This document shows positions 41,069 through 51,671 of a DNA stretch of 64,000 nt, one piece after another; position 1 is the first letter of the stretch, and every line of letters starts with the position of its first letter. This DNA is from Prochlorococcus sp. AG-686-O05 (lineage in GTDB: Bacteria > Cyanobacteriota > Cyanobacteriia > PCC-6307 > Cyanobiaceae), in the NCBI GenBank assembly GCA_003210235.1, contig QCVV01000001.1:507-64506 (forward strand), given 5' to 3'. A program made the translations under genes and the position numbers. Under the pieces are notes generated by a model. It was not told where the DNA came from and did no database searches. It worked only from the letters and a program-made list of their open reading frames with translations.

Positions 41069-42595
41069 CTAATTAGTAAAGTATTTATTTATTATTTTTA
41101 TTGCTTTAATGTAGTTTGGATTTTTTTCAGAAGGTAATTTTTCATATAATTTTTTATCAAAATTATTTTTATTAGTATTTGAAATTAATTTTTCATAAAG
41201 AAGTTTTTTATTATCAAAAACATCTATTCCATGGAGTTTATAATTTAGTTCAAAACATAAATTAGGCTTTACAGACTCCTGACAAAAATTTGTTATTGCA
41301 TCTGAATTAATTAACACTTCAAAAATATCTTTTTTTTCTTCAGCTTTTGCATTAAAGCATAAATAAATTAGATTAATCATCGAGCAATTATTATTTTTAA
41401 TATTAAATTGACTGTAAATTTTGGGCCAAAATTTTAGTGATTTCAAGCCCTCAAGTCCGCCTTGACTTAAGCTAAATTTTTCACACCAATTAATAAACTC
41501 ACCTACATCGTTAGGACATCTCTTAAGTTTCAAAAGCATATCTGATAAAACTTGTCCTGCCTGAAAATTTCTTGTTGGCTTACCTTCTATTGGCAACGTC
41601 ATGCTACCCAAAACATCAGCTTTAACAGCATTTAGTTGAGAAAAAGTATAATCAGCAGATTCAAAAGATTTGTTCCCAAGATTTTCTCTGGCGATAATAA
41701 TATCTTCACCATATCCAAGTTCTTTTAATGAAAAATGTAAGTTTTGAAATTTATTTTCTTTTCTAACTTTTTGAGAAACAGTAGCTGCCTGATCCAAGCA
41801 CTGAGTTAATAAAACAGTATTAATTGTGGGCAACATTCCAGGCTTATCTGAATGAAAGTTATTTACAAACCCTGCGAATATTGAAGAAATATTTTTTATG
41901 GACTTAATATACTGGCATTCAATATTATGAACTCCAGGTGATACCTGAATATTTGGTGATAATTGATTTAAAATTCTCGCACCAATTAGAGCTGTCAATG
42001 AGTCAGGATGGCAAAAATTAGCGGTGAAACTATCTTTAGGGTTTCGTAATGCACCATGACGATGAAATCCTGTAAAGAAAGCTAAATTAGGATATTGATC
42101 ACATAAAATATAGGGTTTATCATCTTCTTCATCAAAACAAAAAGAGCCCACAAGACAAGCAAGTACTACATTTTCGCGATTTAACGATCTTCTTAATATT
42201 ACTGCATCACGAATATCATTTTGTATGTGATTACTATTTGAGGCGAGAATAACTATCTTACACTTTAGGAGAAGATCTTCGAGAGTATTAGTTTTGCTTT
42301 TGCCATCAACAAAGTAATTTCCCATACCTTCAATTTTTTCTATTATTTTGTGGTCCATATGGGATAGAACGTCTTTAGAAAAAGCACCTAATAAATCTCT
42401 TCCAGGTCTTGGAGCTAAAAGAATATTATTTGACTCAGAATGCATTGCGCAGTTATATGCTAAAGATGCCGGATATAATCCAACACTATAGAATCCCACT
42501 TTGCAGCTTTCTATTTCTTCTAAAAACGAATAAAACGATTCTTCGTTATGTAACTGTCTAAAAAAACTATTATTCATTTTGTTCTTTTTAACCAT
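41069..42595 (-). CDS. Hypothetical protein, possible remote GpsA (glycerol-3-phosphate dehydrogenase)-fold homolog
   Basis: 508-aa ORF; see finding for the motif correspondence. Confidence 0.6.
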   Translation of the reverse strand: MVKKNKMNNSFFRQLHNEESFYSFLEEIESCKVGFYSVGLYPASLAYNCAMHSESNNILLAPRPGRDLLGAFSKDVLSHMDHKIIEKIEGMGNYFVDGKSKTNTLEDLLLKCKIVILASNSNHIQNDIRDAVILRRSLNRENVVLACLVGSFCFDEEDDKPYILCDQYPNLAFFTGFHRHGALRNPKDSFTANFCHPDSLTALIGARILNQLSPNIQVSPGVHNIECQYIKSIKNISSIFAGFVNNFHSDKPGMLPTINTVLLTQCLDQAATVSQKVRKENKFQNLHFSLKELGYGEDIIIARENLGNKSFESADYTFSQLNAVKADVLGSMTLPIEGKPTRNFQAGQVLSDMLLKLKRCPNDVGEFINWCEKFSLSQGGLEGLKSLKFWPKIYSQFNIKNNNCSMINLIYLCFNAKAEEKKDIFEVLINSDAITNFCQESVKPNLCFELNYKLHGIDVFDNKKLLYEKLISNTNKNNFDKKLYEKLPSEKNPNYIKAIKIINKYFTN

Positions 42596-42748
42596 ATAAA
42601 TATCTTAAGATTTTCCATAACTAACATTTTTATACATTAAACCAATTTATTGCCATCGCAAATCGTTTTAATATAAATATTGAATTTTATATTTCCAAGT
42701 TCAAGCTTTATTATGGATTCAAATGAGAGTAAATCTTCATAATAGAAA

Positions 42749-43963
42749 ATGAAAAACATTAACTTAGATTTTGAAAAAAAAATAATTAATTCTAAAAATA
42801 TCTTATTTATTCAAGATTTAGATGGAGTATGTATTCCATTGGTAAAAGACCCAATGACTAGAAAACTGGAATCAAAATTCATATTTGCAGTAAAAAATTT
42901 AGAAAAAGAATTTTTTGTTTTAACTTGCGGAGAACATGAAGGTCCAAGAGGGGTTAACAGAATAATTGAAAGAAGCCTAAAAAGTATTGATCAGCCAAAA
43001 GAAAAAGGTCTTTATTTAAGAGGTCTAGCTGCCTGCGGGGTCGAATATCAAGATAATAATGGGAATATAAGTTTTGAGGGAGTATCAAAAGAAGAGGTGG
43101 ATTTCTTAGCAAAAGTTCCTGACTTAATGAGGCCAAGTTTTGAACAAATAGTTAAGAAAATTTTTCCTAATATCGATCAAGAAGAATTAAATTCTCATGC
43201 TTCAAAATCGATATGTAAAACAAGGTTCTCTCCAACAATAAATTTCAATAGCCTTTTTGATCTAGTAAGAGATGATTCTGAAAAAAGAATAATTATTCAA
43301 AAAAGCTTTGAAGATATGATGAATGAAATTATTAATAAAGCAAAATCTCAAGGACTTAAAAACTCATTTTTCCTACACATATCACCAAATCTAGGCAGTA
43401 AAGATGGAAATGAAATAATAAAACTTTCTAGTAAAAATGATATTGGCTCAACAGATATACAATTACTTATTAAAGGAGCAGTAAAAGACTCAGGCGTACT
43501 CTTTTTATTAAATAAATTTATTCATGATATGACTGGTAAAGCTCCATTTGGTAGAAACTTTAATTTTAGAGACTCTCCTAAATCGATAAAAGACAAAGTA
43601 AATTTCTGCAAAAAACATATCAAATCAGAAGATATGCCAACAATTATTGGGATTGGTGACACAGTTACATCACAAAAAAATACTAATGGTTACTCAAGAG
43701 GAGGTAGTGATCGATCTTTCTTAGAATTTATACAATTACTAGGAAAAGAGTTTGGTAGTAATAATAAAATAATTTTCGTTGACAGTAGTTCAGGAGAAGT
43801 TTATAGACCTTCTACAAAAGTATCTGGTTTAAAAGGGATAAGTGATGATGATGACAATTTAAAGTTTGATATGATTTTTCAGAATGGTCCCAAAGAATAT
43901 TTAAATTGGTTTATTGCATTTGCAAAAAATAGATCAAAATTAAAAAATCTAACCCTTAATTAA
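42749..43963 (+). CDS. stpA: Glucosylglycerol-3-phosphate phosphatase (StpA/GgpP)
   Basis: QDLDGVC HAD motif, GLAACG, GIGDTVTS and RGGSDR. Confidence 0.88.
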   Translation: MKNINLDFEKKIINSKNILFIQDLDGVCIPLVKDPMTRKLESKFIFAVKNLEKEFFVLTCGEHEGPRGVNRIIERSLKSIDQPKEKGLYLRGLAACGVEYQDNNGNISFEGVSKEEVDFLAKVPDLMRPSFEQIVKKIFPNIDQEELNSHASKSICKTRFSPTINFNSLFDLVRDDSEKRIIIQKSFEDMMNEIINKAKSQGLKNSFFLHISPNLGSKDGNEIIKLSSKNDIGSTDIQLLIKGAVKDSGVLFLLNKFIHDMTGKAPFGRNFNFRDSPKSIKDKVNFCKKHIKSEDMPTIIGIGDTVTSQKNTNGYSRGGSDRSFLEFIQLLGKEFGSNNKIIFVDSSSGEVYRPSTKVSGLKGISDDDDNLKFDMIFQNGPKEYLNWFIAFAKNRSKLKNLTLN

Positions 43964-43998
43964 TTTTATTTACACTGAAATTAAAAACATCAAAAATT

Positions 43999-44931
43999 AT
44001 GATAAATAGTTTTCCATTAATAAAGAAAGAACCTATTGAAACCCTCCAGATAAACATTGGTTATAAATGCAATCAGGCTTGTAAACATTGCCATGTAAAT
44101 TCAAGCCCATTACGTACCGAAAAGATGTCTTATGAAATAATTTCACTCATTCCAAAAGTAATAGAAAAATATAAAATTAAAACTTTAGATATTACCGGGG
44201 GGGCACCAGAAATGCATCCTGAATTTAGAAATCTAATTACTATTTTAAGTGATAAAAATATTAATATTATTGATAGATGTAATTTAACAATTTTCTTTGA
44301 AGATGGGTTCGAAGACTTACCCCAGTTCCTTGCTAAAAATAACGTAATAGTAACAGCATCACTACCATGCTACGAAAAGGATAATGTAGAATTGCAAAGG
44401 GGCTATGGAGTTTTTGATAAAAGTATTAATGCTTTAAAAATACTTAATGATCTTGGCTATGGGAAACAAAAAGATGGACTGCAATTAAATCTAGTTTATA
44501 ATCCCGTAAATCCTAACCTACCTCCATCACAAGAGAGCCTAGAAGCAGACTATAAAAGAATACTTTTCGAAAAGTACAATATCTCATTTAATAATCTTTA
44601 TACAATCACCAATATGCCAATTAATAGATACGCAGACTCCCTTAATAGAGAAAACAAACTTGATTCATATTACAAATTACTTAAAGAAAATTTTAATAAA
44701 AATAATTTAGAAAACCTTATGTGTAAAAAGACGATAAGTGTTAATTGGCAAGGCCAAATTTATGATTGTGACTTTAATCAGCAAATAGATTTAAAAGGGA
44801 AAAAGGGACCAAAGACACTTTCTGATTTAATGAATGAATCATTTAAATTTGATTATGTTGTAGCTGTTAAGGAACATTGCTTTGCTTGTACAGCAGGGGC
44901 AGGATCAAGCTGTGGAGGAACTTTAACCTAG
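43999..44931 (+). CDS. ArsS-like radical SAM protein
   Basis: CNQACKHC, DITGGAPE, YDCDFNQ and HCFACTAGAGSSCGG motifs. Confidence 0.85.
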   Translation: MINSFPLIKKEPIETLQINIGYKCNQACKHCHVNSSPLRTEKMSYEIISLIPKVIEKYKIKTLDITGGAPEMHPEFRNLITILSDKNINIIDRCNLTIFFEDGFEDLPQFLAKNNVIVTASLPCYEKDNVELQRGYGVFDKSINALKILNDLGYGKQKDGLQLNLVYNPVNPNLPPSQESLEADYKRILFEKYNISFNNLYTITNMPINRYADSLNRENKLDSYYKLLKENFNKNNLENLMCKKTISVNWQGQIYDCDFNQQIDLKGKKGPKTLSDLMNESFKFDYVVAVKEHCFACTAGAGSSCGGTLT

Positions 44932-44937
44932 TTTCTA

Positions 44938-45390
44938 CTAAATACAATTAGGGCATATGGCTCTAACATTTAAAGAAGATTCAATAAGTTTAAAACCATT
45001 AACTTTAGCGGCGACTTTGCCCGCCTTCAATACCTCATCGCTTTCAAATTCTTCTGTTCTTCCACATCTAATACAGATCAAATGATGATGATCTGCTGTT
45101 TCATTGCTTAATAATTCATATCTATGGCCTCCTTCACTAAGCTCTAATTCATGTAATAACCCCATCTGAACAAGAAGTCTCAAAGTTCTATATATTGTTG
45201 CGAGGGAAACTTTAGAACTAGTTTTAATTAATTTTTCATGAACCTCTTCCGCACTTAAATGATTACCTGCTCCGATATTCTCAAATAAATTCAAAACCTT
45301 AAGTCTTTGAGGAGTTAATCTCTTACCATCTCTATGTAAGCCATCTCCTAAAGGAGATGTAATGAATTGATACTGAGAAGACAAAGACAA
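44938..45390 (-). CDS. fur: Fur family transcriptional regulator
   Basis: RLTPQR, HLSAEE, SLATIYRTL, HHHLICIRCG and CPNC motifs. Confidence 0.92.
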   Translation of the reverse strand: MSLSSQYQFITSPLGDGLHRDGKRLTPQRLKVLNLFENIGAGNHLSAEEVHEKLIKTSSKVSLATIYRTLRLLVQMGLLHELELSEGGHRYELLSNETADHHHLICIRCGRTEEFESDEVLKAGKVAAKVNGFKLIESSLNVRAICPNCI

Positions 45391-45534
45391 TAAAAAGTCA
45401 AATTATTCTCAATAATAACTCTTGATGAGATTTAATCAACTTTTAACCAATAAATATTTACTAAAGTTCCCCAAAAAGATTAGCTTTAATAAATATATAT
45501 TTAGGTTATCTCTTTAAATATTGTAGAAAAATTA

Positions 45535-46092
45535 ATGACTCATTCTTCTAAAAGCGAATTACCACTCAAAAATGCCTTGCTATTAATAGATATTCAGGAA
45601 AAAATCATATCTCCAATTAATAACAAAGATTCAATAATAAAAAATATCCAAAAGCTATTAAGCGCTTACCAAATCCTGGATAAAAATATTTACGTCTCAG
45701 AACAAAACCCTCTAAAGCTGGGCAAAACAATCCCAAAGGTATTACCCAAAGTAGGTTTTACTAAGATTCAAAAAATGGATTTTAGCTTAGCCACTAGTAA
45801 AGTTCTTTTTGAGGAACTTTATAATAAAAAAATTAGTAATTTGATAATTTGCGGATTTGAAACACACATTTGTATTCAACAAAGTGTCCTAGAATTTTTA
45901 GAAAAGGGATATGAAGTACTAATAATATCTGATGCCATGGGAAGCAGAAATAGTTTAGATCACGAAATAGCACTACAAAGAATGCTTCAAAAAGGGGCAA
46001 TAATTACTACAACTGAATCAATAATTTTCGAAATTTGTAAAACCTCAGATAGAAAAGAATTTAAAGAAATTAGAAATATCATCAAAAATTAA
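45535..46092 (+). CDS. Isochorismatase family hydrolase
   Basis: LLLIDIQ, EQNP.KLG and GFETHICI motifs. Confidence 0.88.
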   Translation: MTHSSKSELPLKNALLLIDIQEKIISPINNKDSIIKNIQKLLSAYQILDKNIYVSEQNPLKLGKTIPKVLPKVGFTKIQKMDFSLATSKVLFEELYNKKISNLIICGFETHICIQQSVLEFLEKGYEVLIISDAMGSRNSLDHEIALQRMLQKGAIITTTESIIFEICKTSDRKEFKEIRNIIKN

Positions 46093-46159
46093 AGATAATT
46101 AAGACTGGTTTATTTTTAGAGATAATTTAAACTTTAAATATTGGTTATTTAAGAATTTA

Positions 46160-47197
46160 TTGGATATGAAATTATTTACGGAAAACTTGCTTTTGGCAAT
46201 TTCTATATTTCTTATTGGAACCATATTATCAATAATAATATCTAAATTTTCCAAGATTATTTTTAAAAGGATTTCTAAAAGAACAAAAACAAATTTTGAT
46301 GATTTAATTTTTGAAACACTTACTGGAATTATAAGACCAATAGGTTTTCTTCTCTCGGCCTATTTCGCAATTGATTATTTTTTCACTGATGAAATAACTT
46401 TTATATCTGTACTATTAAATATTCAAAAATTACTTATATTAATAATTATCATTAAAGCTCTAAATAAAGTATTAATAAGATCATTAATAGAATCTACAGC
46501 AAAAATTGCTGACGCCTCAATTAGTTCAATGATCTCCTCATTAACACCTTTAATTAAGGCTTTTACTTGGACTATAGGATCTATATTTTTCTTGCAAAAT
46601 ATTGGAGTACAAATGACCGCAATTTGGGCTTTACTTAGTGCAGGTGGGATCGGAGCAGGTTTAGCCTTAAAAGATCCAGTGCAAGAATTTTTTGAATACA
46701 TAACAATTTTGCTTGATAAACCGTTTCAGAAAGGTGAATTTATAAAGTCTGATAGCGTATTAGGAATGGTAGAAAGAGTAGGGGTAAGATCTTCAAGAAT
46801 AAGAAGTATTAACGGAGAAGTAATAGTTATGAGTAACAGTGCATTAACTAATGGGATCATTTCAAATTATGCTCAGATGAAGAAAAGGAGAATTGTTCAT
46901 AAATTAGGAGTAGTTTACGAAACGTCTCCATCCTTGATGAAAATGATTCCAAAAATAATAGAAAAAATCATTGAAGAAACTAAAGATGTTTCTTTTGATA
47001 GATGTCACTTTACAGATTTTGGAGATTTCAGTCTTAATTTTGAATTAGTTTATTACATCCCAACCAATAATTATTTAGCTGCTATGGAAGCACAACAAAG
47101 TATCAACTTAAGAATTATTGAAGAATTTTCTTTAAATAAAATAGAATTTGCATTCCCCACTCAAACATTAAATATTGAGAGAACCGAATCCAAATGA
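46160..47197 (+). CDS. MscS family mechanosensitive channel
   Basis: GIGAGLALKD, DKPF..G and IEFAFPT motifs. Confidence 0.9.
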   Translation: MDMKLFTENLLLAISIFLIGTILSIIISKFSKIIFKRISKRTKTNFDDLIFETLTGIIRPIGFLLSAYFAIDYFFTDEITFISVLLNIQKLLILIIIIKALNKVLIRSLIESTAKIADASISSMISSLTPLIKAFTWTIGSIFFLQNIGVQMTAIWALLSAGGIGAGLALKDPVQEFFEYITILLDKPFQKGEFIKSDSVLGMVERVGVRSSRIRSINGEVIVMSNSALTNGIISNYAQMKKRRIVHKLGVVYETSPSLMKMIPKIIEKIIEETKDVSFDRCHFTDFGDFSLNFELVYYIPTNNYLAAMEAQQSINLRIIEEFSLNKIEFAFPTQTLNIERTESK

Positions 47198-48169
47198 TCT
47201 GCATAATTCCTCACTAAAACTCCAAAGACTTAAAGCAAGTTCTTTTTTACTAGCTTCCTCACTAACTTCACTTTTAAGTAATTTATGTTTTTTATAAAAG
47301 ACAAGCTTATTGCTTAAATGTAAGTACTTAATATTATTGTAATCGGTATCAAAAACGATATCAGAGAGTAACTTCCCTGCATTTTCTACATTTTCAGAAA
47401 TACCTAAAATATTTTTCGCAATAATTGAAAAAACAAAGTATCCAAAGATATTAAACTTTTCACTATATCTGAAAAAACCCAAATCTTCATTAGGAATTAC
47501 AAGACCAGGAGCCCAAGAAATAACTGATATTTTAATAGATTTAGTTTGTAATCTTTTTGAAAGTTCCTTAGCAAATAATATATTACATAATTTACTATTT
47601 TTATAAGCTTTGTCAGAATTGAAATTTATATATTTTCCTGAAATTTCCTCTTTAAATTTTACTAAATTATTTAAACCGGCTTTCTCTCCAACATTACCTC
47701 CTGAACTCTTTGGATCATGAACATCCGATGATGTAATAATTATCCTAGATTCTTTTTTATTATTTATTAGTTCTATAAGAATGTTAACCAAATAAAAGTG
47801 TGCGAGATGATTAACAGCGAAAGTTAGTTCAACCCCCTGTTTTGAGACTTTAGGATAAAAAGCTCCAGTATATTGTAAGCCTGCATTTAAAATAACAACA
47901 TCTAAAGAAACATTTTTCCTGATTAAAAAATCTCTAACTTTTTTAAGATTTGCCAAATTAGATAAATCAACATTTTCAATAATATTTAAATATTTTTTTA
48001 GATATTCTTTATCGAAATACTTTATTAGTTTTAAAAAAAATTCATCTTTTCTTGATAATGATCTAATTGGAATATATAAGTTATTTTGAGTCTTCAACAA
48101 GTTAATTGTTGCAAAAAAACCAATCCCAGAATTTCCTCCTGTTATTAAAATATTTTTATCTTTTATCAT
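47168..48169 (-). CDS. SDR oxidoreductase, protochlorophyllide reductase-like
   Basis: TGGNSGIG, NAG, FAVNHLAHF and YKNSK motifs. Confidence 0.8.
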   Translation of the reverse strand: MIKDKNILITGGNSGIGFFATINLLKTQNNLYIPIRSLSRKDEFFLKLIKYFDKEYLKKYLNIIENVDLSNLANLKKVRDFLIRKNVSLDVVILNAGLQYTGAFYPKVSKQGVELTFAVNHLAHFYLVNILIELINNKKESRIIITSSDVHDPKSSGGNVGEKAGLNNLVKFKEEISGKYINFNSDKAYKNSKLCNILFAKELSKRLQTKSIKISVISWAPGLVIPNEDLGFFRYSEKFNIFGYFVFSIIAKNILGISENVENAGKLLSDIVFDTDYNNIKYLHLSNKLVFYKKHKLLKSEVSEEASKKELALSLWSFSEELCRSFGFGSLNI

Positions 48170-48396
48170 ATGAATTAAACAAGTAATTATTTGTTGTAAG
48201 AAAATTATATATTATTTTTTTCTTTTGAATTCTTATAAATTATTGTTAAAACACTCAAAACAAAAGAACTAGTTATAGATTCTCTTGCTTATTATTAAAT
48301 TTATTCTCACTACAAATTTTGAATGAATTATAAAAATGAAGTTTTAGATATTTTTTATTTTTCTAAAAACTTTTCTAACTTCAGAATTTATAATTA

Positions 48397-49680
48397 ATGC
48401 CTTCCAAAAGATTGCCCGATGTATTAGTTTTAGGAGCAGGACCTGCAGGGATGGCGATTGCCTCGGCTTTAGGGAAAGAAAAATTAGAGGTAGAGGTTCT
48501 TTCCCCTAATGGCCCTGACGAGCCTTGGCCAAACACTTATGGGATTTGGGGAAAAGAAGTTGATCAACTTGGGCTTGAGGATTTACTTGAATATAGATGG
48601 AAAAATACAGTTAGTTTTTTTGGGCATGGTTCTCTTGAAGAACATCACTATGAGAATAAAGCAACAGAGCATTCTTTAGATTATGGATTATTTGACAAGA
48701 AGAAATTACATAGTTACTGGTTAAATGAATGTAATAAGTCTCATATTAAATGGCATGAGGGTTTTGCAGAGAAGATAAACTTTCAGAAACATAAAAGTAT
48801 TGTTACTACTAGTGATGGAAAAACTTACTCAGCTAGATTAGTTGTAGATGCAACAGGATATGATCCTGTATTTCTTAAATTAAAATCATGTGGACCATTA
48901 GCAGTCCAGACTTGTTATGGGATAGTAGGAAGTTTTAGTAAGCCTCCACTAAAAAAAGGACAATTTGTCTTGATGGATTATAGGAATGATCATCTAAATG
49001 AGGAGCAAAAAAAAGAACCTCCTACTTTTCTATATGCAATGGATATGGGAAATGGAAAGTATTTTCTTGAGGAGACTTCGCTTGGATTAGTAAATCCTTT
49101 AACAATGGAGAATTTAAAAGAAAGATTAGAAAAGAGACTTTCTTACAGAAACATCTCAATTACTAGTATGCAACATGAAGAACTTGGTTTGTTTTTACCC
49201 ATGAATATGCCTATCCCAAACTTTAAACAACAAATATTGGGATATGGGGGGGCCGCCTCGATGGTTCACCCAGCCTCAGGATATTTAATTGGTAATGTTT
49301 TAAGAAGAGCTCCACTAGTAGCAAAAGCTATATCAAACGCAATGAATGATAAGAAATTAAGTACTTATCATATTGCCAGAAAAGGTTGGGAGAGTTTATG
49401 GCCTAAAGAATTAATAAGAAAGAAATCAATTTACCAATTTGGTTTGGAAAAACTCATGAGATTTGATGAAAAACTATTAAGAGAGTTTTTTGGTAGTTTC
49501 TTTAAATTACCTAAAACTCAATGGTATGGATTTCTAACTGATACATTAACCTTAAGAGAAATAGTATATGCAATGTGCATAATGTTTATAAGGGCCCCTT
49601 GGAGTGTCAAAAAAGGTTTAATGATTATGCGTGGTAAAGAACTAAAAATGTTATTGAGGATAGTTTTACCAAATATATAA
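48397..49680 (+). CDS. crtL: Lycopene cyclase (CrtL type; probably the epsilon/beta cyclase paralog)
   Basis: GAGPAG, PNTYGIW, LMDYR, FLEETSL and VHPASGY motifs. Confidence 0.88.
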   Translation: MPSKRLPDVLVLGAGPAGMAIASALGKEKLEVEVLSPNGPDEPWPNTYGIWGKEVDQLGLEDLLEYRWKNTVSFFGHGSLEEHHYENKATEHSLDYGLFDKKKLHSYWLNECNKSHIKWHEGFAEKINFQKHKSIVTTSDGKTYSARLVVDATGYDPVFLKLKSCGPLAVQTCYGIVGSFSKPPLKKGQFVLMDYRNDHLNEEQKKEPPTFLYAMDMGNGKYFLEETSLGLVNPLTMENLKERLEKRLSYRNISITSMQHEELGLFLPMNMPIPNFKQQILGYGGAASMVHPASGYLIGNVLRRAPLVAKAISNAMNDKKLSTYHIARKGWESLWPKELIRKKSIYQFGLEKLMRFDEKLLREFFGSFFKLPKTQWYGFLTDTLTLREIVYAMCIMFIRAPWSVKKGLMIMRGKELKMLLRIVLPNI

Positions 49681-49690
49681 TTAAAAAAAA

Positions 49691-50398
49691 ATGAGAACTC
49701 TTTTGATAAGTGGAGCTAGCAGAGGTATTGGACTAAATATTGCACATAAAGAACTAAAAGAAGGAAATAGAATTAGCATTGGACTAAGAGATTTAGAGTG
49801 TATTAAAGGAAGCGTTATTGATCCGAATAATTGGCCAAATGAAAAAATACTAATAAATAAATATGATGCATTAGATAAATTTTCCGCCAAAGAGTGGGTA
49901 GAAAATACAATTAGCAATTTTGGAGGTTTTGATACTCTAATAAACTGTTCTGGAGTCCTTTCAAAAGTTCCTTTTTTATATAAAGATAGGGATGAAGAAG
50001 AGATTTTAAATACTTTCAATATAAATTTTTTAGCTATTTGGAATTTATGCAGACTATCATGGGAACACTTAAGCAAATCAAAGAATGGAAGAATTATCGT
50101 TTTAGTTTCAATGAGCGGCAAGAGATCCAAAGGAGATTTAGCAGCATATTCCTCATCAAAATTCGCTTTGATGAGCCTTTGTCAAACAATGAAAAACAAA
50201 GGTTGGGAAGAAAATATTAGAGTTACTGCTATTTGTCCTAGTTGGGTTAATACAAAAATGGCTGAAAAGATATCATCCTTAGAAAAGTCAAAAATGACTC
50301 AACCAGAGGATATAGCTGAGATATGTTCTACAATTCTGAAATTACCAATGCAATCAGTTCCATTTGAAATAGCCTTAAATTGTAATTATGAAATTTAA
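49691..50398 (+). CDS. SDR family oxidoreductase
   Basis: SGASRGIG and YSSSK motifs. Confidence 0.9.
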   Translation: MRTLLISGASRGIGLNIAHKELKEGNRISIGLRDLECIKGSVIDPNNWPNEKILINKYDALDKFSAKEWVENTISNFGGFDTLINCSGVLSKVPFLYKDRDEEEILNTFNINFLAIWNLCRLSWEHLSKSKNGRIIVLVSMSGKRSKGDLAAYSSSKFALMSLCQTMKNKGWEENIRVTAICPSWVNTKMAEKISSLEKSKMTQPEDIAEICSTILKLPMQSVPFEIALNCNYEI

Positions 50399-50937
50399 TT
50401 TAGTCTGAACATTAAAAAAGCTATTGTAATCATCGCAATTGCTATAAAAAAACCTTTTATCCGATTCGTTAATAATGAAAATAGAGATAAATCATCAGAA
50501 AAATATCCTCCAAAACTTCCTGTAATAAACAAAATGATCATAGGTATTGAGGCAAAACCAAATGAATAGGAAATATTTCTTAAAAATTCAACATTAAAGT
50601 AATTAAGAATTAAAAAATTTGTTCCAAGTAATAAAAAAGATGCGAATAAAGTTATGGAAACTTCAGCATCAAGTGTATGCGGTAAATTTCCCTTTAACTC
50701 AAATTGTTTTTTGCATTCAGATATTTGCCTTTTATTGAGCTTTAGATATCCAGTTTCAGGGATTCTTTGGGATTTATATTTTCTCAATAACCTAGCTTCA
50801 AGTGTTTCAGGTTCCTTAGTCATGATAGAGGTTAGTAATTCATCTGGTTTAAGTTTTCTAATTTTCTTATCAAGATTATCTGCCTTACCAATACGATAAA
50901 GATCTCCTACTCTTATGAGGTAAACATATCCCGCCAT
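50395..50937 (-). CDS. GIY-YIG/T5orf172-like domain protein with C-terminal TM helices
   Basis: GYVYLIR...YRIG...LEARL, followed by three hydrophobic segments. Confidence 0.65.
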   Translation of the reverse strand: MAGYVYLIRVGDLYRIGKADNLDKKIRKLKPDELLTSIMTKEPETLEARLLRKYKSQRIPETGYLKLNKRQISECKKQFELKGNLPHTLDAEVSITLFASFLLLGTNFLILNYFNVEFLRNISYSFGFASIPMIILFITGSFGGYFSDDLSLFSLLTNRIKGFFIAIAMITIAFLMFRLN

Positions 50938-51011
50938 TTTCGATGTAAAATTAAGATTGTTCCTATGTAGATAATACTAAAAGAATCAAAAAAGTTTAAT
51001 TTTTTTACAAA

Positions 51012-51671
51012 ATGACAACAGATATTTTATATTCATTTCGTAGATGTCCATATGCTATTCGAGTTAGATGGGCATTATTAATTTGCGAAATCAAAGTAGA
51101 AGTAAGAGAAGTTGATTTAAAAAATAAGCCCATAGAATTCATGAATAAATCAATGACAAAAACTGTTCCAATTTTATTAAAAAAAAATAATGAAGTCATA
51201 GAGGAAAGTGTAGACATCATAATCTGGGCACTTTTAGAATCAAAGAAGGAAAATATAAAGAAATTTTATAATCCCAACAATAAAAAGGAAGAAATTTTAG
51301 AGATTATTTCTGAAAATGATCATAGTTTTAAATATCATTTAGATCGTTTTAAATATTCTGCAAGATTTAATACTAGCGAAGAAGATTATCATTTTTTAGA
51401 AGCTACTAAATTTATAAAAAAATGGAATAAAATTCTTACAAATAACAGATGGATAATTGGAGATAAACCTTCGATTGCAGATTGGTGTATTTGGCCATTT
51501 GTAAGGCAATTTAAAATTGCTTGCGAAAGCAAAAAAAAAACAAATTATTTTGATGATCCTATAAAAGAGTGGTTAGGATATTTTGAAAAACATCCACATT
51601 TTAAAGAATTAATGCATAAATTTGATCCATGGAAACCATCTTCAAAGAAGGAATATTTCCCTTTAAATTAG
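51012..51671 (+). CDS. Glutathione S-transferase family protein
   Basis: YSFRRCPY, TVPIL, ES and SIADW motifs. Confidence 0.9.
   Translation: MTTDILYSFRRCPYAIRVRWALLICEIKVEVREVDLKNKPIEFMNKSMTKTVPILLKKNNEVIEESVDIIIWALLESKKENIKKFYNPNNKKEEILEIISENDHSFKYHLDRFKYSARFNTSEEDYHFLEATKFIKKWNKILTNNRWIIGDKPSIADWCIWPFVRQFKIACESKKKTNYFDDPIKEWLGYFEKHPHFKELMHKFDPWKPSSKKEYFPLN

Noticed and set aside
45395-45415. Fur-box-like half site AATTATTCTCAAT upstream of fur
   Set aside because: Only one half of the palindrome matches, in AT-rich DNA.
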